From the NCBI RefSeq assembly GCF_009914755.1, contig NC_060927.1: a DNA stretch of 64,000 bases, one strand, 5' to 3'. Position 1 is the first letter of the stretch, and each line of letters begins with the position of its first letter. Positions 1-15,634 of the stretch are shown piece by piece. Source of the DNA: the human T2T-CHM13v2.0 reference genome, Homo sapiens. The position numbers and the translations under genes are program-made. A model generated the notes under the pieces. It made no database searches. It saw only the letters and a program-made list of their open reading frames with translations, and was not told the DNA's origin.

Positions 1-51
1 ACACTCTATATATGTTTGTTTTTTGTTGTGGTGGTTTTTTGTTTTTGGGGT

Positions 52-78
52 TGTGTGTGTGTGTGTGTGTGTGTGTGT
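52..78. repeat. (TG)n microsatellite
   Basis: Uninterrupted TG run. Confidence 0.95.
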
Positions 79-276
79 TTAAGGCCATACAGTCAACACA
101 CTTTATCAAATCCCCTCCATCCCCTGACCAGTGGTCTCCAGATAGGGGAGCCCAGTAGGCACAGGACTTCCCTTGCCACTGACAGCCCACACATGCAAGC
201 ACCCCAAAGTGAGGTCCTGGAGGAATAAGCAGTGGAGGATGCCAATAGTGTGAAAAGTTGTCTCATTTCTTTTCAG

Positions 277-340
277 CATCCCCAGGCTTAGCTGGAAACT
301 TCTTTCCTTTCTAGTGAGAAAACAGACTCTGAAGGGGCAG
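277..340 (+). pseudogene. Channel exon relic, possible DI S4 end
   Basis: Acceptor ttcttttcag; IPRLSWKLLSFLVRKQTLK (W could be CGG>TGG); weak donor. Confidence 0.35.
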
Positions 341-396
341 GCATTTCCCATTAGTCCTCAAAATAAAGTCAGAAGAAATGCAGGAGAGGTTTTCAG

Positions 397-650
397 ATGA
401 TTGATTGCCTGCTCAGGTTAGGCGTCTCCTTGGGCTTCTTGCCTTCCTCCTCCTGCCTTCCAGTCTCCATGCTACTCTGCAGAGGGAAAAGCTCTCGTTA
501 TCGCCTACATTTCCTGGGACTTTAATCCAGAGCAGAGAGGAATACGTTTACCTGGGAAAAGGAGCAATGGAACACCTTCCTGCTTTACAGCCACCTCCCC
601 TCCAAATAATGAACTCCAATCCCAGTCAGTAGTTAATGAAAAGCAGAGTG
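397..650 (+). pseudogene. Channel exon relic, DI S5 and turret
   Basis: ttttcag|ATG...gtg|gtatga; MIDCLLRLG, RLLGLLAFLLL (shifted frame) and SMLLCRGKSSRYRLHFL resemble Cav3 LLDTLPMLG...GVQLWAGLLRNRCFL. Confidence 0.6.
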
Positions 651-671
651 GTATGAGCCCAATTAAACCCT

Positions 672-789
672 TAGAGCTCCTGCATATAGTTGTACAGGTT
701 GCACACTGAGCAACTCCATAGATTGCAAAGTGAATAGCACCTTGAAGTTGTGCAGCACATAATCTGCACAGCTATACGTGACAGCCCTG
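672..789. mobile_element. MER91-like hAT DNA transposon (palindromic MITE)
   Basis: Imperfect inverted arms tatagttgtacaggttgcacactgagcaact / agttgtgcagcacataatctgcacagctata, ending gccctg. Confidence 0.65.
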
Positions 790-853
790 CCAACACTGAC
801 GCTTTGCTCAGGCAAATAATAAAGGGTAATACTGTACATTCACTTTTTCCAAG

Positions 854-1110
854 ACAAAGTAGGAATAGAAGACCCTGCTATACAAAATTTTCTATAACGG
901 TGCTATCAAGACTTCTAAGTTATTCAAATTCTCATCTGCTCAAGAAAATCAGATGTCTTTCTGAATAAATAGAATGCTTGTTTATTTCCTTCCTTGTTAC
1001 AAATCTGAGGTGGTTTATAGTTATATTTATATATGTACATAGGTTCACATAAATAGAATTGAAAGATTGAAACAGTGAAAAGGATAAAGAAATTATGCTA
1101 ACCATGGAAT
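854..1110 (+). pseudogene. Channel exon relic, DI pore loop and S6
   Basis: QNFL*RCYQDF*VIQILICSRKSDV has the spacing of Cav [25 protein letters not shown]; then CLFISFLVTNL (S6-like). Confidence 0.5.
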
Positions 1111-1404
1111 TAACACACTTACTATAAACATTATGTTTAAATTTAATTAAGTCTTCTGGAAGCAAAGGCAAAATAGAGAAATACCATAATTACATAATTC
1201 ATAGGTAATAGATAAAAACATATGAAAACTTAAGAGCATAACTCCTTTTCCTGACTCTCAATCATTAAAGAAATGTATCATCATGAAGCTAATGTACTTT
1301 CCCATCTTGGCCAGAGAGCAATGGTGAGACTGGGTGAGAGGGTAGAACTTTGATACCTATGTCTACCAAACCTGCCCGATGTCTACATCGGTCAAGGTTT
1401 CAGG

Positions 1405-1601
1405 CATTTAAGCCAGCCAGTTAGGTTCAAATCCCAGCTGTCCTTGGACCAGGTGCTTAGCATGGCTTCAGTTTTCTGGCCTGTAAATGGAGGTAAAATG
1501 TTACCCACCTCATGATCTGCCTGTGAGAGTGCATGAAATAATGGCAATGATGTGTGTGTTAACACAGCATCTGTTCCACAGTAAGCCCTCAGTATATGTT
1601 T
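1405..1601 (+). mobile_element. MIR SINE
   Basis: ggttcaaatcccagct, cttcagttttct..ctgtaaatgg and cacagtaagccctcagta core motifs. Confidence 0.7.
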
Positions 1602-2592
1602 GTTCTCATTGTTGAAGCTTGGGATAGTAGAGGGGGAGTGAGAACTTGTAGCTTAGATCGGATGCTAGAGCTATACACCAAGATGCCCAAAGCAGACAAG
1701 AATCATTTAAAATCAAAGGACACATGAGATGACAGGGCAAAGAAACCAGAGTGAGGAGCCTTTTGGGGGAATCCTGAGATGACCAGCCTTTGTACCCAAG
1801 AATTTGAATAACGCCCAGTTCCACCCCTCAGGAAAGCCTTTGCTTTTCTTTAAAGCATCACTTTGCAACCAGTGGGTGACATGGAAAAGAAATAACTATT
1901 AGGTTAGCAATAGTTTTGCTACAAATGCAAAAGGAACCTGTACGTGTTGTGGGTTCTTGAGTCATTCCTGAGTGATGATCAGGGCATCCAATGATCTGGC
2001 CAGGCCGGAGACTCAGGCCACAGCCTGGTGTGCATGGTGGGTGACAGGATGAGGGAGGCTGACACAGGTAGTGGGCATGGGGTGCACAGGAGCCATAGTC
2101 CTAGTCCTAAATCGTTGACCTCTGGAAGGAAAGAGTGTTTGGAACACTGAGTCCAAGAAGTAGGCACAAAGCCAGCACGATCCCCACAGGGAAATGTCTT
2201 TTATGGGGCCTGACAAAAAAGAAGTCAGGAAGTAGAGGACAGAGAGCTCTCTCAATTATTTGTCCACCTTTTCAGCCCATAATCTATAATGAGAAATATA
2301 TTCTACATCACATCCCAGTACACAAGTACACATAGAACTAAACAAGAGTTCCACCAAACAGTTCTTAGTCTCACCACGGATGCTGCATTCTGACATTATC
2401 ATACCCATTCTATTTTTTTAATGCTGTTTTATTTCAGTTTTGAAAATATTGCTTTAAGGAAAAAGTTGGAGAAAGGCCCACTTTGGGGGACCCTAGGTCC
2501 AAGCCAGTGAAAGAGAAGTTTCATTAGAACACTTAGCAACAGCCAAGGGCCTCACCCTGTGTGACTGCAAATTAGGTTAAAGAGTGAGTCCC

Positions 2593-3023
<431 letters not shown>

Positions 3024-3574
3024 GAAACCTGGAGGACCAGGTGGATGGCGTGTCTCATCATCTTCACCTGGGCTTTTGCAAGTTCTTAACAATAGAGTCA
3101 AGATCACACGCTCTGCTGGGACCTGGCACACTGGGCCTCTCTGAAGATATTCTAAGGATGTTGAGTCCAGGTTCCCATCAGCTGGAAAGAGCTGAACAAC
3201 TATTAATAGTTCAGACTATTAATAACTGTTCAGACATTACATGAATTTTCTAGAAGTGCTTTCCCTTCGACTCTTTCCTCTTTCTGCAGTATAGAACTTT
3301 CTTCCTTTTCCTCACTTCATGCCATTAGACTTTTCAAATAAAAGTGTTATGGTACTTTTTTCACAAGCAAATAAGTGCTCTGGCTATTCCAGAATGCTAA
3401 TGCTTATCTAAAAGGAAAAAAAAAATTATGAGACAGTTCTACCTCACATCTGCAATTTCCATTTGAAGCAATGCAGTCTTTTTCCCCTCAGGCCCTTTTC
3501 CCCTAGTGCTCCCAGAGTAGGTTCTACAAGAGACCAGAATTTTCATTTAAGGAAGGGCTGCATGGGGTGTTTAG

Positions 3575-3750
3575 GAGCAAGCCATGCCCGAACTCCAGCT
3601 CCACCCCCGGGTCAAGTTACTCAACTTTCTGACATTCCATTTCTTTTTCTGGAAAAGGATATTAATAAGTAACTTGTGGTGGTGTTGTAAAGGTCAAGAA
3701 CAATGTACGTAAAGCAAAGGAGAGGGCCAGGCACATGAAGGTGCTGAAAA
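3575..3750 (+). mobile_element. MIR SINE
   Basis: caagttactcaactttctga..ttctttttctggaaaagg..aatgtacgtaaagca. Confidence 0.55.
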
Positions 3751-3801
3751 GTCATCTGAGGAAAAGGAGGAGTTGTTGTCAAGTCGTAAGTTTCCTTTTA
3801 G

Positions 3802-3953
3802 GTAGACCCAAAGAAAGCCCAGCTCATTTCGACAGCAACCAAACAGGAAATGGATCATGACTGTCGTCATCACTTATGAAGTATTTATGAGGCAGTCTAC
3901 TATTCACGTCACTATATAAACATCATTAGACCCAGTGTCTATCCAATAGGAAG
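3802..3953 (+). pseudogene. Candidate channel exon relic, I-II linker
   Basis: tttccttttag|; VDPKKAQLISTATKQEMDHDCRHHL*SIYEAVYYSRHYINIIRP with a single TGA; no diagnostic motif. Confidence 0.3.
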
Positions 3954-5412
3954 GTCTTTAAGATGGATAACGGATGTGATGTGATAGGATTCTGTGTGAA
4001 AACTTAAAATTAGCAGTTTACAGGAAGTGGGATCTAGACAACTGCCTTCACTGGTACAGATTTTATGCACAGATCTTTTCTGTTCTGCTAGATTAAGAGC
4101 CCTCCCACCTCACTCCAGGTCACAGACTCTTTTCATTTGTCTTCAAGTTCTCTCCAACCCCTCAACTTACTCTGCTCCCTGTACTTAGAAGGTATTAATA
4201 TTTAGCAAAACTTTCCTAGATGGATAAATATTAGACCATTCCATGACACTGAACACGAAACCTAGGTTATGCTTTGGTTGGTGATTCGGGATAAAGAGCA
4301 AACGCCAAGGCCCTTTCCAGAGACAACCCCCTGTGTTCTGCCCACAAGCCCTAGGAGGAAGCTATGTGATGAATCGTTTTTCAAGTCAGAGCTGGTAGGA
4401 GGCATATGTGAGAAAGACAGGGCCTGAGCCTGTCGTCAGGGAGCTGCGTGAGTCAGTGTCTATTGTAAGCAACAAGCTTCTTGGTAAGGGGCTCTCTAAT
4501 GAAATGAGATTTTCCAGGCCACGATTTCTGGACAGCTAAAGAAGAATCTACCTTGAGGGATGATGTCAACCAAAACTCTTTAAGAAAATGATCTGTTGTA
4601 GGGAACATTTGTATCCTGAAAAGGGACTTTATGTTCTGCTTGCAGGCAAAATCTTGGTTGTATAAATGTATCTGTTTGCTTTTCGGCTGGATTAGACCAT
4701 TCAAGGCATTGAGATTGTAAAGTTTGACATAAGATAAGCAGAATAAACAAACCCATCAAGAAGAAATATTCAAATGGCTTCTTCTCACTAATGTTCACTG
4801 TCAAAATTAAATCTCAGAGCCTGTGTATCTAGTTGTTTTCAATTAGTTATCTTCCAACTAATCACAAGTAAAAGAGCTCTTTCATTGCACTTTTACAAAG
4901 TATATCAATGTTTAGTTGAATTTAAACAGCACAGAAAAATTCTCTGAACTGAAAACAGACCAGTCAGGCAAGGTGAATGCTTCCTTTTGCTGTCCGAAAT
5001 TCAATCTGAGGGTATATGAAAACTCATCATGAACTGTATTTTTGCCATTCTAATACACACTTTTCTTTTTGTTGCACAATGCAATGTTTACTAAATCAGT
5101 ATATGTCAGATATTCTATATGGACAATTAATGTGTTTACTTTTCTATGAAAAAAAGAGGCCATCACCAAGCCAATGAGAGTCATATTTGATGGTATCTTA
5201 GAATTTTTTTAAAAAGATACTTCATTGCTTTCCTCTAAGAATTCTGTGCATTACTACTGAGCTTCCTCTCAAACAACCCCATCCTCCCTGGGGTCCTGGA
5301 ATAATGTAGATGTGGCACATCACAAAGGTATATCCAGATAGTGTTCTCCCTCTCTTGCTTTCTCTTTCTCTCTGTGGGTGGGTGGGTGTGTGGGTGTGTG
5401 TGTGTAAGTAAT

Positions 5413-5584
5413 CGGGACCAGTTATATAATTTGCAAAGCCCAATGCAAAATGAAAATGTAGGACCCTTGTTCAAAAATTAAGGATTTCAAGATAGCAACA
5501 GAGCAATTAAACCAAGTATAGGACTCTTCTGAGCACAGAGCCCTGTGCAGCTGCACAGGTCACATACCCATGGACCTGGCCCTG
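5413..5584. mobile_element. MER45-type hAT-Tip100 DNA transposon
   Basis: ataatttgc..gcccaatgcaaaatgaaaatg..cccttgttcaaaaa; ends ggccctg. Confidence 0.75.
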
Positions 5585-6714
5585 CTGCTGATGAACAGAG
5601 CAGGTGGTCCTGAGCTTCAAATGCCACACAAGTCCTCATATGCTCTAGAAGCCCTCCCTCACTGATACTTCAGCTTTCCTCAATACCATCCCCCAGCTAA
5701 GTCACACCATACATTTTTGCACAACCTATTCTATGTACACTCAAGTAATCTACTGTGTCTTATGAAAGGCAGGGCAAGTCCCTTGTGAGCACAGTGAAGC
5801 CTCAGGAGATCTCCTGACATGGATCTGGGTGATATAGTCCCCACTCTGAGCCCTAGGCAGTGTCAGCTTTTCTTCATTGATTCTTCTTTCTGGTCACCTT
5901 TGTCCTCCTTCTCGGTCCAGGTATCTTCTGCTTTAGAATTAGCATCTCTCTGCCTCACTCCCAAGGCTCTTTCTCCCCATCCCTTGTTCAAATCATTGTA
6001 TCTCATAAACCCAAGAGTGCACTCAATAAAGATTTTTATCATGATTGCTTGATCTGTAAGTTAGAAGTCTTCTCTATGTGAACCATAATATGGATCAGTT
6101 TATTATCAAGTTATTAGATCAGCTTCTGGGCCAGCCTGTCATTTACTGGCAGTGTGGTGCAGATGCCTAAGCTGTCTTCTGCTGGCATTATTCTTTAATT
6201 TCTCCCCCTAAAATGTTCACTATGAAGCCATTGGTTTAACTCAAACTAATGAGTTCATGATATTTTTTTCCTGAGACTGGGACTTTGATTTAAAAATCAC
6301 TTTCAAAACCCTTGGCGTTTTAGGGGAGACAGTATTAAGGAACAAAGAGTCTGAGAAATGCGAGAACCCAGCTCTGAATGAATCCCATTTTCCCAGAAGC
6401 CTCCATGTATTTCCCCAAACAGGGAGTGACCTGCAATTCCACACCAGGAGAGCACTTGGTACTAAAAAGAATGTGTGATCATATTAACTAATTGATATAC
6501 TCCATGAAAATCGCTCAAAACAATCCTTTGACAGAGCAAGTTGGGGATAATTGGAACCTCAAATGTCACTAAAATCTGATATCTCACAAGGACTCCAGAA
6601 TTGAACTTTGAAAAACTATTAGTCATTACAGAATGTCCTCCTGCTGCTGCAGTGGCAAAATTTTCTTTTCTGAATCTATTTATTATCTACTGAGGCTGCT
6701 GGCTTATCATTCTT

Positions 6715-6815
6715 CACAAGGTATGGAGATAATCAAATGAGCACATGAGTATAGTAAGTGCTTGGCACAATTCTTGGAACATAGTAAGCACTCAATAAAT
6801 GTTAGCTCTTATTAC
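6715..6815 (+). mobile_element. MIR 3' fragment
   Basis: gtgcttggcacaattcttggaacatagtaagcactcaataaatgttagct. Confidence 0.7.
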
Positions 6816-7010
6816 TACATATTCCCTTATTTTGAAATGACATTAACTACTGTGACAACTAAAGTAGATCAGGGTCATTCTGCTGCCATGCAAGGCAGTC
6901 TCTTCACATGGGTGCTGCTATTTACACCATCCACATGTTACTTTAGTTTCTAGCTAAGCCAAGAAAAAAGATTGGAACTTAAAGCCCAGGTCAGCCACTT
7001 ACTCTACAAT

Positions 7011-7226
7011 GAGTAATGATTCTTAACTGGAGCAATTTTGCGCCCCTACCCAGGACATTTGGCAATGTCTTGAGATATTTTTGGTTGTCATACTTGATGG
7101 GTATTCTACTAGCATAGACAGAAGCCAGGGATTCTAAACATCCTACAATGCACAGGACAGCCCCTCACCTCACAAAAACAACAACCATTTAATCCCAAGT
7201 GTCATTACTGCCAAGGTTGAGAATTT
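7011..7226. mobile_element. MER20 hAT-Charlie DNA transposon
   Basis: ggacatttggcaatgtct.gagatatttttggttgtca; aaacatcctacaatgcacaggacagccc. Confidence 0.85.
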
Positions 7227-7231
7227 TTGCT

Positions 7232-7410
7232 CTATGAGAGACCTTGCTGGAATATTTAATCTTACTGGTCCTCAGTCTCCTCATCTCTAGAAAGGAGAAG
7301 AAATAGCATCCTACTTGTAAGCTTGTCTTAAATAAAATATAAGTAAAGGTAAATGAAAAGTGCACTGTGGAGTCTCTGGCACAGAAAACCCTGATGGTTA
7401 CACTAGTAGT
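7232..7410 (+). mobile_element. MIR SINE
   Basis: gaccttg..cctcagtctcctcatctctagaaagg core. Confidence 0.6.
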
Positions 7411-9987
7411 AATAGAAGTGGTGGTGGCGAGTACTGCAGTTTCTAATACAACATGCCCCTCCCTATTCACACCACAGGAATGAGAGAGTCTCTGAACCAT
7501 ATAAGCTCTTTTTGTTATCCAAATAAGAAAAAAAGTAACCGAAACCTGTTTACTTCTTTTGTTTCTTGTATTGGCCTTTTAGAGGTTTCTAAAAAGGCTC
7601 CTCAATGTTTCCCGCCTCCTCCAATACACAAAAATCCCAGTTGTCCAGTGACACAGCCTTGAAACAATGTTTCTGTTCTGTTAGTTATTTGGTTATCATT
7701 GACACTGGGTCTCTGCCTTAATTAAGCTAATACCTTCACAGAAAAAACATGCAACAGTAAGGTACAAAGTCTCAGCTGTGCAGAGCCTGGTGAGCAGTCT
7801 GCATGGCCCTGCTCTGGAGTTACTTCTCCAGCACTTCAAAGAAAATGCACTGATCCTGTATCCTGCTTAGCTATAGCCATGTATGTCTGTGACTTCTTGA
7901 TACTGCTATAGACTATTTCTTCAGTATGCAGATACCATTGCTTTGGAATGTGTTGATTAAATTGATCAAAAAGGCATAGCTGAGGCTGATTTGGCAATCT
8001 CTCACCTGATTCCATATCTCTTGTCAGTAATGTTAGACAACAGGTTCCTGGAGGAAAGAACTTTGGAAAGTTCTCATGTGAGCAGCTATATAGGCCCAGT
8101 TTGGAGTTTTCCTCTGGGATGCAAATGAGTTACCGCAAATCCTTCTAGGTCCCCTGAAAGGAGGTCCCCATTTATCTCTAGAAATGCGTAAGCCAGCTTG
8201 CCCTTTGTCAGAGGGGAGAGCTGAGGGAGAAAGTTACTTGCTATCTAATATGTTGTTTCCCACCAGGAAATGACTTAATATTAAAAACAACAACAACAAC
8301 AACAAAAAACATGTGCAGCCTCATTTAACATTCATTCAATGACAGTAGGTTTACCAAATGCCAACCATGTTTGGGACACTGTGCTAGGCCCAGGATACAA
8401 AAATGAACAAGCCAGTCGCTGCCATCAGGATGTTCCCAGTATGCTGCTCTCTCCTCCTGCAGTTCCTTCTACCCTGGTACCCCCTGTTATGAAAGTGTTT
8501 ACCCAATGCTTTCCATGGAGCTTATCTAACCTACCTGAAACCGTCTCTTTACATATTTTTATCACACTACTTCCTTTGTTCTTCAAAGTTATTTCCAAAT
8601 ATAACTCATCTGCAAAACCTGCACCAGGTAATGGGCACGCTCCATTTATCCCACAAACTTTCACTCTCTTCATCAATCCCTTGCCATCTCCTTCATATAT
8701 TTATAAAATGTAACTTACAAATTCTTTTAAAATTGGGCCTATTTGTGACATTAATTAAGCACAAGTCATAATCATTGATCCCCAACAAACTGTGGCTAGA
8801 AGGGTCAGGGAGAGGGGCACCAAGCTAAGTCCCCAGCACTGGTTGAAGAGGGCCTGGAGAGGACTGGCCCAGTTACAGAAAGTGCCCCTGAGAGGGCATC
8901 TGGACAGCCCATGCAGAGTGCCCAGGGGCCTAACTTCCAGTGTCTGCTGCTAGCATATCCAGCAGGTGAACTAGATACAACAACTGGAAGTCCCGGCAGT
9001 CTTTGAAAGATCAAGGTTAGACATGTGGCAGCGGTCTTTGGAGGAAACCTGTCCATGCATAGCAGGATTTTGATCCACTGTTCTTACATATAGGGTCAGG
9101 ATTAAAAAAAAAAAAAAAAAAAAAAAAAGCTGGGAAAAGCTAGCCCTAGAAAAATACATTTGAATTAAAAGTAGGATAAGAAGGGAGGCAAGGTGTATAT
9201 AAGCAAGGCCACTGCTCCCTAAGTGAGAACCTAGAAAAAAATGCAATCCCAAAGGCTAGGCCAGTTCCAATTAGGATATGACTCAGTCGTACCTGGACCC
9301 ACTGGGCACACCTCTTGAATATATGGGCACATGTCTCCTTGGAAACCATAACTCATGAAATAGAAGCAGGGATCAGGGAGAGATGGTGAAGAGCCCTACA
9401 ATGGCAGCAGTATCTACGGAGTTTAAGGTTGGGAGCAACTTTGTGCCAACCCCAGCACCAGGGACAAGGCTGCCATTGATGTACACCCTACATTGGACCA
9501 GGAAGGCTCAGAAAGGAGCCCAGGCCACAGACTGGTTTGTGCTCTCGGTTTTCTGTGCTTCAGAGTCAAGCTTCAGGGCTTGACAAAGACAGAAGTAGAG
9601 GTGGAGAAAACAGCAGACAGGTAGCTGGTTTGTATGGCTTTAGACATTCAGAGGCAGAAATGTTGAACTTGTTGGTTTGACATGCCAGTGAATCTCCTGT
9701 ACAAGTCTGAAAGGCCTTTTAGTTTATAGGCACAACTTCTCCATGCTTTGGAAAATCCCATGTTTGCTATGGCTGATAATGCTAGTGAAGAGGAAAATGC
9801 ATATATTAAATTACACAGTCCCTGCAAATTAAGAAAAAATATAGCTACAGATGTATTCTAATGCTTCTCTGAAACACACGTATAGATGAGTCGTGAAGGT
9901 TGACACCATCCCCAACTATGTATGATGAGTAAATTAACTTAATTGAATGTCAAATCATGGTCTTTGTTTTTCACACTCTAAAAATAG

Positions 9988-10133
9988 TCACCTTAGTAGA
10001 AAGAACACAATGTGCATCACTATGAAATCTTTGGAGATGGTTCCACGAAAAGGCCAGGAAACTGCCTTCCAGGCCCGCATGAGCTTGGTCTGCACAAAGT
10101 GTTTAGAGAGAATTATGTGTTTAAGAAGCTCTG
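9988..10133 (+). pseudogene. Channel exon relic, DII pre-S1
   Basis: Donor ctg|gtgagt; KSLEMVPRKGQETAFQARMSLVCTKCLERIM resembles the SL.....FR...IV...FE pre-S1 pattern; phase 1 joins in frame to the 12662 exon. Confidence 0.55.
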
Positions 10134-10347
10134 GTGAGTGTAGTTCAGGAATGCTGACAGCCCTAAGCATCTTCACTTATTAGGCCAGTTTTACTTTCAT
10201 AAAAATCCTCCCTGGCATACCTGAAAGTAAAAATCCCTCCTACTTGGAAATTGAAATCTATGCAAAGAAAAGTGCTGTCTCCCCATCTTTGTCCATGACA
10301 GAAAACTTGGAGTCATGTTTGGGCTCAGAAGTGTGTGTTAATATTTA

Positions 10348-10659
<312 letters not shown>

Positions 10660-12341
10660 CTATGGACTTCTTCAGATATGGGAGGGGTACTGGGCTCCAG
10701 AAGGGTTTATACTTTACAGTTCTTTTCAAAAATATTCTTCCTAAGGAAACAGATGGTAGGTAGCTTCCTTTATCTACATCAAAGTTCAAGAGCAGTCAAT
10801 TACTCAGATTATGCTGAAGATAAACAGTGGTATTCTGTTCAGTTCTTGAAATAATCTTCCATTTAAATCATAGCTAATTACTATTTGGCTAATTAAATTC
10901 ATTGAGTACTTCAAAAATGTCTATTTCACTGTCAGAATAAATGCTTTAGGGATTCCCTGTTGTGAGGAGCTTTCTTTTTATTACATAGAATACTGAGTTG
11001 GCCTGAATCTGTGACAAAGAAGTTTTTTTCAAGACCCCTTAAACAACACAAAGAATATTTGAAACTTCAAGTCTTCTACATTCTTTCAGCACATGGAGTT
11101 TCCGGGGTAAACAGACCTTGAGCAGTCTCTCTAGCTGTGGACTAACCCTCAAAACCCACATGTCTGGAGGATAGGAGAGGAGAAGTGGGACAGACTGCTG
11201 CCCCTGCCAGCTGGAGTAGTCTACGACTGAGCAGCTCTTCCCAAGAGGGCTGCCACCTGGGCTGTATGCTCCAAGCTCCGTGGTCATCCAACCACCATCA
11301 TCATCCAACCACCCAACCTCCCTGCAACCCAAAGGAAGTCTTCCTACTCAGAATTTTATAGAGACAATAATAGTTCCTTGAAAAGAAATAAATCCACATT
11401 ATGGAGTGAAATATATTTAGTAAACAATTATTACGTCTACAGCAACACATTACACACAGTAGAGGCAGAACTACTGTGGGGTTATGCCTACTAACAACAC
11501 TGCCCTTAGACCCCTGCAAGTAAAGGTCACATGTTTTACAGAACCATCTCTGGCCATCCTAAAGCCACATTCTCAGACACATCTTCCATCCCCCATAGCA
11601 AAGAGTTCAAGGGGCCAAAAGGTCTTGCCCACCTGGAACCCAAGCCTTCCCTTCTAGGCAATGATCCAGGTACCCAATACCCTAGAATTCCCTATTCATT
11701 TGAGGGAATTTGATTGCAAGCCTACAACCCTGACCTATACAGCCTTCTACCTCACATCCTGTCTTCCAAGGACAGACTGTGCCACTAGTATGCACACTCA
11801 GAGGCCCAAGGAGTGGCCAGTGGAGGGGGGCTGTTGATGTTGAGTATGAATGGAACTTGGACATGTAGTAAGGGGTTGGAGGTGTTCACATACATGCAGA
11901 CAACGCCCCATGGTTCAGGGATAGGAAGAGAAGGGAGTTGGACTGCAGGCTGAGAATCAGGAAGCCAGCTGTTCTTGCACAGCCATGTTCTGGTGTGGAC
12001 CCTGAAAGTCTGAGGATCCTAAATTTAAACCTAATCTTCCAGGTAGGTATGAAGGTACATTTGTTAGGTTAAGAGGACAGATGATTTTAACAATTTAGTA
12101 GCTTAATTGAAAACTTCTAAATATTTACACATGGCAGATGAACCTCCATCTGTACCCCTGTCCTGGAGTCCACCAGCGTTAGGGAAATGAAAGTGGCCAG
12201 GGAGATCTCTAGCTCTGGGGGGATCCTTTTTTTCTACTATCACCTGGCTCTGCAAGACCAGCTGAGCTGCCTCTTGATTACACCTCAACAGTTTTAATGA
12301 ACACAGAGAATTCTCACTATGCACATCTATAGTTGCTCATC

Positions 12342-12506
12342 TTTTTTGTTTTGTTTTGGAGACAGGGTCTCACTCTGTCACCCAGGCTGGGGTGCAGTGG
12401 TGCCATCATAGCTCACTATAACCTCGAAGTCACGGCCTCAAGCAGTCCTCCCACCTCAGCATCCCCAAAGTGCTGGAATTACAGGCATGAGCCATTGTGC
12501 TTGGCC
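12342..12506 (-). mobile_element. Alu monomer (FAM/FRAM-like or arm-recombined AluJ)
   Basis: About 165-bp single arm with T-rich tail. Confidence 0.8.
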
Positions 12507-12661
12507 TCAAGCCCATCTTCAAAAGAACCTTTATCAGATCTGTGTCCATTATTCTAGTTATTTCACAAACCTGTGAAAGCTCTAGTAATTAGGGCAGGAA
12601 TATTCCAAATAAATCTTATCTGTCTGTTGTGTTTATTTCATCTCCTCTTTTGAATCCACAG

Positions 12662-12909
12662 TTTTTGTGCTATTCGCAAGCAATCCAATATTTCCACTCA
12701 CCCAGGTCTGAACTCCCATAAATTGTCCTATTTTTCACTTTCTCTACAAGTCTGTTACAAGTCCCATTTCCTCATTGAAGATTATTTCATCCAAGTGAAA
12801 GAAAAGCAGTCTTCAGAGACTAATTCACACTGAGAAATGAATGATTGATAGTCCCCTTCTTACTATTTCAAGTACAATTGACTATTTCAAAAAGCTCTGG
12901 TTAAACAAA
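12662..12909 (+). pseudogene. Channel exon relic, DII S1-S3
   Basis: ccacag|...aacaaa|gtgagt; FVLFASNPIFPLT (S1), LQVCYKSHFLIEDYFIQV (S2), FRD*FTLRN and MIDSPLLTISSTIDY (S3) across frameshifts. Confidence 0.55.
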
Positions 12910-13175
12910 GTGAGTAATTTCAGCTGCCAGCTCTAGTAGACACATTTTGGGAACAAGACAGGTGTTTTTACTTTTATCGGTAAAGTTTTTAGAGCAAAAA
13001 CTTATTAACATTGATAAAATATACTTTTAATTTTACAATTTACTTATATCTAAAACTAATATAACAAAATATTCCATATAATAAATATCTCAGTAAAAGA
13101 ATGTAAACTAATTAAACTTAATTGGTTATGTATCGGATCAACGGCACTAGCTGGAAAAGTAGAAGGGAAACTTAC

Positions 13176-13527
13176 TGTATTAGTCCATTCTCACACTGCT
13201 CTAAGGAACTGCCTGAGTAATTTATAAAGGAAAGAGGTTTAATTGACTTACAGTTCCACATGGCCGGGGAGGCCTCAGAAAACTTACAATCGTGGTGGAA
13301 GGCACCTCTTCACAGAGTGGCAGAAGACAGAATGAGTATAAGGAAAGGCGGGGGAAACCCCTTATAAAACCATTAGATCTCGTGAGAACTCACTCACTAT
13401 CACGAGAACAGTATAGAGAATATCGCCCTTTGATTCAATTATCTCTACCTGGTCCCACACTTGACACGTGGAGATTATTACAATTCAAGGTGAGATTTGG
13501 CTGGGGACCCAGAGCCAAACCACATCA
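13176..13527 (-). mobile_element. THE1C/D-type MaLR solo LTR
   Basis: tgtattagtcc...gccaaaccacatca termini; 5-bp TSD cttac at 13171-13175 and 13528-13532. Confidence 0.9.
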
Positions 13528-14329
13528 CTTACTTTCTCAATATTGAATAATGCCCAAAGGATTCGATTGATGAACTATCTCCTCTACCTCCCAATTTAAT
13601 TCTCACAAAGCGTGACTTTAGAATTTAGTAATTAAATTTGAATCATGACTGTCTCTGCTCTTCAAGCCCATGTGAAGGTGATTTCAACTCAAGAGAATTA
13701 CTTTAAAATTTAGAGAGGGCTTGTTGTCAAACGTGTTATGAAGAAAAAAAAAAATCTCCCTCAAATGGGTTTATAATACAGCTACTACCATGTTCAAAGA
13801 CAAAAATGGAACAAGGAAGGAAATTAATTTTATTCTCCCAGTTGCATTCAGGAGATCACAGATCTGAAGTTGAGAGCATCTCGACAGTTTATTTCACCTC
13901 AGACTTGTGGGGAAGAGTAAACAAGTTGTAGATGAAGTAATTTTACAGTGGGAATTTCTATCCATCATACACAGGCAACATCTAGCTAATTTCAGCAGGA
14001 CAAATAGTTTAGCTAATCTTTTTGTAGACAAAGGGAGATTTGGAGGATCCGTGTCTGGCCTTGTCATGAGTAAACAGAGGTATCATCCTCGAGTCTTATC
14101 TAAATTACATAGGGAAGAGTGATTCTTTATAGTCACCTGTGTCATAATACAAAAAGGGAGGGGGATTTTTTAACTGTCAGTTTCCCAGGAGCACAGGGCT
14201 CTGGAGAAGCTCTCCATGATGGCCCCGAGGAAGAAAGTGTGCCCCGCTGGCGCACCTCCTGCTGTCCCCTCCACACCCCTGAGAGCAGTACTGTGCTCAC
14301 CATCCCCTGCTTCGACGCCCCTCATCACT

Positions 14330-15362
<1,033 letters not shown>

Positions 15363-15634
15363 GCTTTGCCTCCTCACCTATGGGCAAAGTTATTTATTAC
15401 AATAGTTAATATTCTTTGGGGTTTTACCCAAAATAGCATGAATAGCATGATCCGTGAGGAATAGTATGCCTGGTTATTTTTTGAATGTTTAGTCTAAAAA
15501 TATAAATTTTTAAACTTTTATTTTGTATCAATATGACTGAAAATCCTAAAGCTGTTATATTGCTACATATGCTTCGAATATCAACTTTTGGAAACTTGGC
15601 TTTGTAATTTACTTATCTTTGATTTATCTGAAAG